From Candidatus Nanopusillus sp. (lineage in GTDB: Archaea; Nanobdellota; Nanobdellia; Nanobdellales; Nanobdellaceae), in assembly GCA_028276785.1 (NCBI GenBank), contig JAPYVP010000010.1:1-15756 (forward strand): a DNA stretch of 15,756 nt. The letters run 5' to 3'. A program made the translations under genes and the position numbers. The stretch's first letter is position 1. Each line of letters begins with the position of its first letter. A model generated the notes under the pieces. That model had not been told where the DNA came from. It worked only from the letters and a program-made list of their open reading frames with translations, and ran no database searches. Positions 1 to 6,210 of this stretch are shown here, piece by piece.

Positions 1-464
1 CTTTCATAGGGCATTATTATTCCAATAGATTTAAGATGTTCAATTCTATCATAGATTTGTCTAGAAATGTGGTGCAAAGCTTTATAAGATGAAATAGATT
101 GAGCTAAATCCATGGCAATATCTTTTATAAAACTATCCTTTAAATCCATATCATCTAAAAATCTTTTAATTGTAGAAGTTAAACGCTTATCATAATCATA
201 ACTCAAGTTTAACAAAATTCTAGTTCTACCAATAATTGTATGCTTATTCCAGTCCATTAAAACAGGTCTATATCTAGAACCATCATGATATGCTAAATGA
301 GTTAATAGAGCATCCTGATTTAAGAAATCTGAAACATCATAAAAGAAAGCAATTGCTAAAGCATCAAAATCAGTAGCAGCTTCTAGTTCATCCTTTTCAG
401 GGAAAACCTTGACTAAAGAATTTTTTCCAAAATAAATATCCTTAAAATATACATATTGAGACAT
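1..464 (-). CDS. hypothetical protein, C-terminus cut by the window edge (N-term MSQYVYFKDIYFGKNSLVKVFPEKDELEAATDFDALAIAFFYDV...)
   Basis: There is an ATG at 464..462 on the minus strand, and the frame stays open to base 1 (about 154 codons). It is missing from the ORF track only because it has no stop inside the window. It follows the 493..915 gene on the same strand after a 28-nt gap. No family recognised. Confidence 0.6.
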   Translation of the reverse strand, partial: MSQYVYFKDIYFGKNSLVKVFPEKDELEAATDFDALAIAFFYDVSDFLNQDALLTHLAYHDGSRYRPVLMDWNKHTIIGRTRILLNLSYDYDKRLTSTIKRFLDDMDLKDSFIKDIAMDLAQSISSYKALHHISRQIYDRIEHLKSIGIIMPYE

Positions 465-492
465 AAGAAAAAAGAAAGAAAAAACTTAGGCC

Positions 493-915
493 TTAGATAG
501 ATGCCGATGGTGATCCTCTGTAGCCTGGCATTGAAACTGCATTTACTACTTGAAATATTAATGCTATTACAACTACTGAAATTACTAATATAACTACCAT
601 TGGTAAGACGTTTAATAAGAATACAAATGCTTGTCCTGTTGCTGTAATACCTTGATATGTTTCAGTATATTCTGTGCTAACTAATTGTGCTAATGTATTT
701 TGTGCTTGACTAATTGAGTTTTGTACTGCTGTGTTATTTGCATATGTTTGGCTTATTTGGTTCAATTGCTGTAATCCTAATGCATACTGTTGTGCTGTTA
801 ATGGCAATACTGTTGTACCAAATGCTCCTGTTATTACTATACCCAATACTGATAATAGGCCCAATACTAAAATTGCTAAACCCAATTGTACTAGTGCATA
901 TGCCCATGGCTCCAT
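493..915 (-). CDS. two-helix hydrophobic virion-type protein resembling spindle-shaped-virus major capsid proteins (SSV1 VP1/VP3-like)
   Basis: 140 aa. It has an N-terminal TM helix (LVQLGLAILVLGLLSVLGIVI), a Q/N/T/S-rich middle of about 55 aa with an NNT sequon, and a C-terminal TM helix. The segment TGQAFVFLLNVLPMVVILVISVVVIAL recalls SSV1 VP1 ...TNATLLNLVPLFYILVLIIVPAVVA; that sequence is recalled from memory, not searched. A TTTAAAAA box on the minus strand (946..939) lies 31 nt upstream of the ATG. Confidence 0.7.
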   Translation of the reverse strand: MEPWAYALVQLGLAILVLGLLSVLGIVITGAFGTTVLPLTAQQYALGLQQLNQISQTYANNTAVQNSISQAQNTLAQLVSTEYTETYQGITATGQAFVFLLNVLPMVVILVISVVVIALIFQVVNAVSMPGYRGSPSASI

Positions 916-995
916 AACTTTTATAAATTTATTCCTCCTTTTTAAACTTTTTAATGGTTATAACTTATATATTATTACTTAAATCTTACTAAAAA

Positions 996-1442
996 TTATT
1001 GTGAAAATAAATATTTTTTGAATACTTTTATTATTTGATCATAAATTTCCTCCATATCCTTAATCGAATCTCCTATTAGCTCCATGCTAGCAACTGTCTT
1101 CTCTATTTCTCTGATTCTATCTAACTCTTTTCTTTTGTTATCTTTTTTACTTTTGTTTTCTTTAGTCTCTTCATCTTCATTAGAATTTTCTTTTTTATCA
1201 TCTTCTTCATTGGAATTCTCTTTTTTATTATCATCCTCATTAGAATTTTCTTTTTTATCATCTTCCTGTTTTTTGTATAAGCTAATAATAAGATAACAAT
1301 CTTCTAATAAAATCAATAGTTTATTCTTTAATAGATCTATATCATCATTAGTAGCCCTTAATTTAGCTCTAGCAAATGAGAGTTGAAAATCTAATAGATG
1401 TGCTAAAAAAACATTCTTTAACTGTTGATCTATATATACCAT
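996..1442 (-). CDS. hypothetical acidic/lysine-rich protein with a 10-aa tandem repeat (DDKKENSNE-type)
   Basis: 148-aa ORF. Helical N- and C-terminal parts flank three copies of a (E/D)DDKKENSNE repeat encoded by a 3 x 30-nt tandem repeat. Only 13 nt separate it from the upstream gene's stop, so it is probably in an operon. Confidence 0.7.
   Translation of the reverse strand: MVYIDQQLKNVFLAHLLDFQLSFARAKLRATNDDIDLLKNKLLILLEDCYLIISLYKKQEDDKKENSNEDDNKKENSNEEDDKKENSNEDEETKENKSKKDNKRKELDRIREIEKTVASMELIGDSIKDMEEIYDQIIKVFKKYLFSQ
1178..1267 (-). repeat. 3 x 30-bp in-frame tandem repeat inside the 996..1442 CDS
   Basis: Units at 1178-1207, 1208-1237 and 1238-1267 read cattagaattttcttttttatcatcttctt / cattggaattctcttttttattatcatcct / cattagaattttcttttttatcatcttcct. 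They differ at only a few positions. Confidence 0.9.
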
Positions 1443-1455
1443 TTTAACTTATTAC

Positions 1456-1884
1456 TTATAATATCTTAAAGTTTCTTTTTTGCTTTTCAGAAAATTTAGG
1501 CTCTTCTTCATATAAGTTTGACTTTATAGTATATCCTCCAGTAACTGCACTTAAAATTTCCATAATTCTACTTAAAATATACATTAAAACCCTATAATCA
1601 ACTTTACCCCATCTAATATAATCATCATAAGTCATAAGTTCAAGTAATATTTTTTCTAAAGTTCCTTTTTTAGATAAATCGTCTGTAACTTTAGCTGAAG
1701 ATACATATAAATAAACATTAGTAATTAAAGATCTAACCTTTTTTAGATAATTTTCATCTAGAACCCTATAATTTGCAGAAACATATAAATTACTAGTGTT
1801 TCCTACTTCTTGCAAAAGTCTAATTATCTCTGGTAATAATTGATATCTAAGATCTCCTAATGATAAAAAGGAGGTATCGGCCAT
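1456..1884 (-). CDS. hypothetical protein
   Basis: 142-aa ORF. Its ATG overlaps the upstream gene's stop in a TAATG junction (1882..1886), which implies translational coupling. No family recognised. Confidence 0.7.
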   Translation of the reverse strand: MADTSFLSLGDLRYQLLPEIIRLLQEVGNTSNLYVSANYRVLDENYLKKVRSLITNVYLYVSSAKVTDDLSKKGTLEKILLELMTYDDYIRWGKVDYRVLMYILSRIMEILSAVTGGYTIKSNLYEEEPKFSEKQKRNFKIL

Positions 1885-2387
1885 TACTTCTGAATAGCTG
1901 CAAGAGTTTTAGCCAAATTTATAGCATCTAACAAATACTGCTTTAAACCATTTTCTAGTTCTTCATCTAATTTAGTTGGTTTAAATTCCCACTCTGCTGG
2001 ATATATCTCTTTTTTATGTAAAATTACTCTTACAATGTCTCCATCTATTTGTATTTCTGGAATTTGCTCATACTGTATTATATCAATTTGAGAAACAAAC
2101 TTTATGTCTCTCGCATTCTTATCTATTATATACTTAAAGATATTTAAACCAGTAAGCAATATTCCCTGCATTCTATTAGTTTCTTTATTTTGTATTTCTC
2201 CAACTTTCATTGCTATATTTTTATTGATATCTAAATGCAATAAATAATACCTTGACTCACTTACTTCTTGTCCATTATAATAGTACTTTTTAGTAACCTT
2301 TGGTTTTGCTTTTGGCTCTTTTATATTAAACTCTATTATAATAGCTTCTTCTAATTCCTGAGGTTCCTTAAAAACTTTCATACCCAT
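1884..2387 (-). CDS. hypothetical protein (ORF is open to 2411; start at 2387 preferred)
   Basis: The ORF is 175 aa if it starts at 2411. The ATG at 2387 (MGMKVFKEPQ...) lies 33 nt from a minus-strand TTTATATA box (2420..2413). This mirrors exactly the plus-strand box (2391..2398), which lies 33 nt from the ATG at 2424. No family recognised. Confidence 0.65.
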   Translation of the reverse strand: MGMKVFKEPQELEEAIIIEFNIKEPKAKPKVTKKYYYNGQEVSESRYYLLHLDINKNIAMKVGEIQNKETNRMQGILLTGLNIFKYIIDKNARDIKFVSQIDIIQYEQIPEIQIDGDIVRVILHKKEIYPAEWEFKPTKLDEELENGLKQYLLDAINLAKTLAAIQK

Positions 2388-2390
2388 ATA

Positions 2391-2420
2391 TTTATATATA
2401 GGTGATAACATATATATAAA
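2391..2420. promoter_or_regulatory. interleaved divergent promoter pair: perfect inverted repeat TTTATATATA-N10-TATATATAAA
   Basis: Bases 2391-2400 and 2411-2420 are exact reverse complements. Each arm lies 33 nt upstream of the ATG it faces (2424 on plus, 2387 on minus). Confidence 0.55.
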
Positions 2421-2423
2421 TAT

Positions 2424-2741
2424 ATGGGTCAGGTATTAATAGATATTACCGTACCTGTGGCACCGGCAAGTAGAAAATTTATACATCATATATATGCAGG
2501 AGTAGGCTCTGCAGTACCTGAAATTACAAAATATTTTAAAAGAGATTTTGCTAAAATGACTAAGGAATTAAGTACTAAAATTACAGAAAGAGTTAAACCT
2601 GGTAGTTATATTAAGGGACAAATCATTTTAGAATATGATGATAATACAAAAAAGCCGCTTAAAATGTTTACAAAAGAATTAATAATTTATGATTCAGGTA
2701 ATGTATATAATTACCCAATAATTGTAGAAAATAACAAGTAA
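2424..2741 (+). CDS. hypothetical small protein, paralog of 8104..8415
   Basis: 105 aa. It aligns colinearly with the 103-aa product of 8104..8415. Shared motifs are PV.P..R.FI..(I/V)Y near the N-terminus and DDNTK.P.K(M/L)(F/Y)T near the C-terminus. It is the divergent partner of the 1884..2387 operon. Confidence 0.7.
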   Translation: MGQVLIDITVPVAPASRKFIHHIYAGVGSAVPEITKYFKRDFAKMTKELSTKITERVKPGSYIKGQIILEYDDNTKKPLKMFTKELIIYDSGNVYNYPIIVENNK

Positions 2742-2743
2742 GC

Positions 2744-3592
2744 TTAACCTAATGGATTAGTTACATGATAAGTCGCATTTGCTGAATATATACCATTTAT
2801 TGGTAATGTTATATTAGTTAGATTAGTCTGATTTAGGAAAGTTACATAATGGATATTGCTTAAAGTTGATGCAAATGTTCTTAAGAATAGGAATGCTATT
2901 ATGAAGATTGTTCCAATTAATATAAGATATAATATAGATCTAACTTGCTCCATTGATTTTGGCATGAAAAATCCTAATAACTTTAATATACCAGACTTAT
3001 TACTATTTGGTATTGCTTCCTCTAAATCTATTTCCTTATAAGATTGCATAATATCTACTAAATCATATAAAATACCTTTCGGATTACCTGTAAAGTTCTT
3101 TATTTTTTTATTTTCTAATTCTTTGACCTTTATTGGTATTCCTCTAGAATCCCTTAACAAATCTATTATTTTTAGTAATTGATTTGGTTGAGTATTTTCT
3201 AGATATTTCAAAATCCACTGTATAGCTACAAAATAATAGATCTCAATATCTGAAGCATTTTCTAAATCTTCAATATTGGGAATCAATGATTTAGGTACTT
3301 TTTCTTTCATTAATGGTAAACCATAATATACTAAAATAGCTTTAACTTTACCCTCAGATCCATTATATTCTATAGTCCATTCATCTACAAAATTATCAAA
3401 AATAGATAACAGAAATCTGTCTGCCTGTCTAATATAGGCAAAAGGTGGACGATATTGTATTAAATATATTATATTGTCCTTAAAGGGAAAATTTACTTTC
3501 TTTGGTTTATTATTGTTGTTGCTTTTGAGTGGGAACCACATTTGAAGGTGGAAGTGATGGATAATTTTGCCTTGTAGTATTATATATGCCAC
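2744..3592 (-). CDS. hypothetical protein with a C-terminal TM anchor and a sequon-rich tail (alternative start at 3541)
   Basis: 282-aa ORF. The first 83 nt overlap the upstream gene, and the internal ATG at 3541 (MWFPLKS...) shortens that overlap. A TM helix (ILYLILIGTIFIIAFLFL) is followed by the tail FLNQTNLTNITLPINGIYSANATYHVTNPLG, which carries four N-x-S/T sequons. Confidence 0.65.
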   Translation of the reverse strand: MAYIILQGKIIHHFHLQMWFPLKSNNNNKPKKVNFPFKDNIIYLIQYRPPFAYIRQADRFLLSIFDNFVDEWTIEYNGSEGKVKAILVYYGLPLMKEKVPKSLIPNIEDLENASDIEIYYFVAIQWILKYLENTQPNQLLKIIDLLRDSRGIPIKVKELENKKIKNFTGNPKGILYDLVDIMQSYKEIDLEEAIPNSNKSGILKLLGFFMPKSMEQVRSILYLILIGTIFIIAFLFLRTFASTLSNIHYVTFLNQTNLTNITLPINGIYSANATYHVTNPLG

Positions 3593-3971
3593 TTGCTACT
3601 GAATCATAACTCATTAATAAGGAACTTATTATTGAACTATAGTAAATAATTAGCTCTTTAGCCATCTCTTTTGTAGGTTCATCTGTAATTCTACCAGATT
3701 CTAATAACATTTGTAAAGTTACTAAATATCTATGAAGCCTCTCAGTTACCTTATTTATCTTAAAAATTACTTTTGCTTGTCTCTCATCATTAGCTATATA
3801 TTGTTTAGAGAAAGTTTCTTTAATAGTTTTAGACATAGGATAATCAAATGGATTTACCTCAAAAATTTCAAATAATCTTTTCCTAGAAGTTGCTTTTTCA
3901 ATTTCTCTTAAAGTAAATTCTTCTACTTTTTTAATTACATCTTCATTTTCCTCTTTGTTTTCCTCAGCCAT
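3510..3971 (-). CDS. hypothetical protein
   Basis: 153-aa ORF with an acidic N-terminus (MAEENKEENED). It forms a TAATG junction with the upstream gene at 3969..3973. Confidence 0.7.
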   Translation of the reverse strand: MAEENKEENEDVIKKVEEFTLREIEKATSRKRLFEIFEVNPFDYPMSKTIKETFSKQYIANDERQAKVIFKINKVTERLHRYLVTLQMLLESGRITDEPTKEMAKELIIYYSSIISSLLMSYDSVASGIYNTTRQNYPSLPPSNVVPTQKQQQ

Positions 3972-4276
3972 TAAATTAAAAACTTAAATGCAGGTAATAT
4001 TAAGCCTATAACTATTCCAGTAAAAGCAAATAAAGCTAATACAATAGCATAAACTCTTATTATAGCATATTCGTTATAATACTCTGCTCTTGTAACAACA
4101 TGAGCTACTATTATTATTGCAAATATAGATGCAATCATAAGAGGTACCCCTATTAAAGGAGTTACTACTAATGAATAAGCTATCATTGCTAAAGCTCCTT
4201 TTATAGAGAATCCTAATATGAGAGACCATATTAGTGCAAATACCAAAAACCTTTTTGATAGCAAGTCATTCATCAT
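3971..4276 (-). CDS. small polytopic membrane protein
   Basis: 101 aa, almost entirely hydrophobic, with about 3 predicted TM helices by eye. Confidence 0.75.
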   Translation of the reverse strand: MMNDLLSKRFLVFALIWSLILGFSIKGALAMIAYSLVVTPLIGVPLMIASIFAIIIVAHVVTRAEYYNEYAIIRVYAIVLALFAFTGIVIGLILPAFKFLI

Positions 4277-4300
4277 TATAATTTATATGTAATAACCTAT

Positions 4301-4741
4301 TTATATGTTTTGCTTTTCTTTTATATATGCCCCTATATAATATATTAAGAATATTGCATTTAGTATAACTAAAGCAATAGCAAAAAATGCAATATCCTGA
4401 TTAATTCCTGTAACTAATGTCATTACATCTAATAACTCGCTGTATATATTTAAATCATTCAAAACTGAAGCATAAATATACTGCAATGTTGATAGATAGT
4501 TAATTAAAGAATTAGTAATAAAAGGGATTAATGCAGAAAAGACGGCATTTAAGAAAAATAATAAAGATTTAGTTCTATGAGATAACTTTAAAGCTAAAAT
4601 TATTGAGAAAAATATTAGGGGTGCAATTGTTAATAAAATAAATATAAAAGGATACATATTTATAAAAGCTATACTATTAGGACTTATCATTATGTTTACT
4701 GTATAGTTAAAGGTTTGATTATATAGATAAGGTAAACCCAT
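4301..4741 (-). CDS. polytopic membrane protein
   Basis: 146 aa with about 4 hydrophobic helices. A minus-strand T/A box lies about 29 nt upstream of the ATG at 4741. Confidence 0.75.
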   Translation of the reverse strand: MGLPYLYNQTFNYTVNIMISPNSIAFINMYPFIFILLTIAPLIFFSIILALKLSHRTKSLLFFLNAVFSALIPFITNSLINYLSTLQYIYASVLNDLNIYSELLDVMTLVTGINQDIAFFAIALVILNAIFLIYYIGAYIKEKQNI

Positions 4742-4940
4742 AAATTATATATTATTATTCTACTTAAAAATTTTATAAGATCAAAAACAATATATTTATT
4801 ATGGCAAAGAAAAAAGAACAAAAACAAGAAGAACATCAATCAAAGAAATAAAGCTTAACTATTTATAGGTAATGGGGTCCGTAGGTAAAAGGAGAAATTA
4901 GATAGGAAGATAAAGGCCCGATACTTTCTTTTTTGTTTTT

Positions 4941-5249
4941 TTAGAGGTGACTAAGATTTATATAAAAGAGTAGGATAATAGCTATAATAGCAATATATTT
5001 TATTAGGCTCCACTTTGTAAAAGTTTTAAATAATAATCCCAAAGGTATTGGGATGAGTCCTGCTATAATAAACCATAAAAATAAGTTTCCTGTGGGATAA
5101 ATAATTAAGAAAATAATTAAATTAACAAAAAATGCAGTAAGACCTTCTTTAATACTTTTTGGAGTTACAAAAAACCTATAAATTCCGAGCCCAAATAAAC
5201 TATATAAAACTATAGTTATTAAGATATAGCTAAAAGAATAAAAGTCCAT
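4941..5249 (-). CDS. small polytopic membrane protein
   Basis: 102 aa with about 3 hydrophobic helices. Its ATG overlaps the stop of the small upstream ORF (TAATG at 5247..5251). Confidence 0.75.
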   Translation of the reverse strand: MDFYSFSYILITIVLYSLFGLGIYRFFVTPKSIKEGLTAFFVNLIIFLIIYPTGNLFLWFIIAGLIPIPLGLLFKTFTKWSLIKYIAIIAIILLFYINLSHL

Positions 5250-5395
5250 TAGTGGTTTTCTCTATCTTCTCTTATAGATCTTTCAGAAAAACCTTTCTTA
5301 CTTAGTTTGATAGTTTTTAATAGCTTAATCCATTTATTTACATACTCTTTAGCTTTAATATTCATATCTCTTCTCTCTTTCAATGGTTGTTCCAT
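5249..5395 (-). CDS. small basic hypothetical protein (48 aa, MEQPLKERRDMNIKAKEYVNKWIKLLKTIKLSKKGFSERSIREDRENH)
   Basis: It falls below the ORF-track size cut-off and I translated it by hand. It fills the gap between 5420..5608 and 4941..5249 on the same strand, and its stop overlaps the next ATG. Confidence 0.45.
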   Translation of the reverse strand: MEQPLKERRDMNIKAKEYVNKWIKLLKTIKLSKKGFSERSIREDRENH

Positions 5396-5419
5396 CTGAG
5401 TATGTTACTGTTTCTTTTA

Positions 5420-5608
5420 TTATTTTTCTAACTTTCTTAGGTTTAAGCTCATGTAATTTGTCCAATTGATAGGATAGGTATCTGGTAAATCTTCTTGAAA
5501 TATTTTTTGTTTAAGTTTATTTGCTTCTTCAGATAATTCAGAAAGTACTTTATCTAATTCTTTAAGAGCCTCTTCAATCATTGGTCTTCCATTTTTACTT
5601 TCTTCCAT
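5420..5608 (-). CDS. small coiled-coil hypothetical protein
   Basis: 62-aa ORF. Its start lies 1 nt after the upstream gene's stop. Confidence 0.6.
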   Translation of the reverse strand: MEESKNGRPMIEEALKELDKVLSELSEEANKLKQKIFQEDLPDTYPINWTNYMSLNLRKLEK

Positions 5609-5609
5609 A

Positions 5610-5765
5610 TTATCTATGTCTTGATCTACGTTTATAAGTTTTTGGCATTCTATAATTATTATACGATCTAAAACCTCTCGGCACTATAACATATGATAAA
5701 AGTAGAGCAACAAAGGAACCCATCATTAACATGAAAAGTATTGTTAATACTGTAAAGAAGCTCAT
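5610..5765 (-). CDS. single-pass membrane peptide with a basic tail (ORF is open to 5858; start at 5765 preferred)
   Basis: The product is MSFFTVLTILFMLMMGSFVALLLSYVIVPRGFRSYNNYRMPKTYKRRSRHR. A TTTATAAA box (5788-5795) lies 30 nt upstream of the ATG at 5765. The extra 31 N-terminal codons of the long ORF are simply the tandem-repeated promoter DNA. Confidence 0.6.
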   Translation of the reverse strand: MSFFTVLTILFMLMMGSFVALLLSYVIVPRGFRSYNNYRMPKTYKRRSRHR

Positions 5766-5786
5766 CTTATAAATTATAGTCTTAAA

Positions 5787-5847
5787 TTTTATAAAAATGG
5801 TATCACAGCTAAGAAATTTTTTTATAAAAATAGTATTATAGCTAAGA
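5787..5847. repeat. 2 x 28-bp direct repeat at a 33-bp period, each copy carrying a TTTATAAA box
   Basis: TTTTATAAAAATGGTATCACAGCTAAGA (5787-5814) matches TTTTATAAAAATAGTATTATAGCTAAGA (5820-5847) at 25 of 28 positions. The repeat sits in the divergent region between ATG 5765 (minus) and ATG 5877 (plus). Confidence 0.85.
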
Positions 5848-5876
5848 TTTTTATACATCGCAATTAAATATATATT

Positions 5877-6044
5877 ATGGATACAAATATAGAGAATGCA
5901 CTTAATAGGTTAACAAAACATGCAGAAAGCTTAAAAGATATAAAAGACCTTTTAGAATTATATAATGAATTAAAAGATTTAGAATTAAGAGTTAAAATAT
6001 TAAAAGACATGGTCGCAAAGGCTCTGATGAATAATAGAAATTAA
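5877..6044 (+). CDS. small coiled-coil hypothetical protein (55 aa, MDTNIENALNRLTKHAESLKDIKDLLELYNELKDLELRVKILKDMVAKALMNNRN)
   Basis: Translated by hand because it falls below the track cut-off. It has heptad-like composition and is followed by a hairpin plus T7 run. Confidence 0.5.
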   Translation: MDTNIENALNRLTKHAESLKDIKDLLELYNELKDLELRVKILKDMVAKALMNNRN

Positions 6045-6063
6045 AGATTTCTGCCCTTTGGGG

Positions 6064-6107
6064 CCTATGGGCAAAAAATTATGCCATTACCATAGGGAGG
6101 TTTTTTT
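6064..6107 (+). terminator. hairpin (CCTATGG ... CCATAGG) followed by a T7 run
   Basis: A 7-bp stem pairs 6064-6070 with 6090-6096. The sequence then reads GAGG and TTTTTTT (6101-6107). Oligo-T is the usual archaeal termination signal. Confidence 0.4.
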
Positions 6108-6181
6108 AACTGGTTTCTTAACCAAAAAATTCTGCCCCTAGTAGGGGAATATAATCCTGCCATTATAATATCCCTTAAATC

Positions 6182-6189
6182 TTTAAAAA
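6182..6189 (+). promoter_or_regulatory. TATA-like box for the 6211 operon
   Basis: TTTAAAAA lies 29 nt upstream of the ATG at 6211. Confidence 0.5.
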
Positions 6190-6210
6190 ACTAAAAACAA
6201 TTATAAATAT

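Noticed and set aside
930-940. The AAGGAGG on the minus strand upstream of the capsid-like gene could be a Shine-Dalgarno site.
   Set aside because: It lies about 20 nt from the ATG, too far to act as a ribosome-binding site. The TATA spacing (31 nt) indicates a leaderless mRNA.
714-982. Two plus-strand ORFs (714..917 and 731..982) lie antisense to the capsid-like gene.
   Set aside because: They sit entirely within or against the better-supported minus-strand gene. Their composition is odd (Cys/Asn/Leu-rich), they have no promoter at the right spacing, and they overlap each other.
1084-1296. A plus-strand 70-aa ORF is rich in S, L and F.
   Set aside because: It is the antisense reading of the 30-bp tandem repeat, a low-complexity artefact (SSSLEFSFL repeated).
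2856-3041. A plus-strand 61-aa ORF lies inside 2744..3592.
   Set aside because: It is antisense to a longer gene that fits the operon structure, and it has no independent support.
3510-3592. The 83-nt overlap between 3510..3971 and 2744..3592 could be a programmed frameshift site.
   Set aside because: The downstream frame is +1, not -1. I saw no slippery heptamer, and the internal ATG at 3541 gives a simpler explanation.
4801-4851. A tiny plus-strand ORF (MAKKKEQKQEEHQSKK), and the G+C-containing stretch at 4868-4925, could be a small gene or RNA.
   Set aside because: The 16-codon ORF is low-complexity and unsupported. The nearby G+C patches form no convincing stems, so I left the region unannotated as intergenic.
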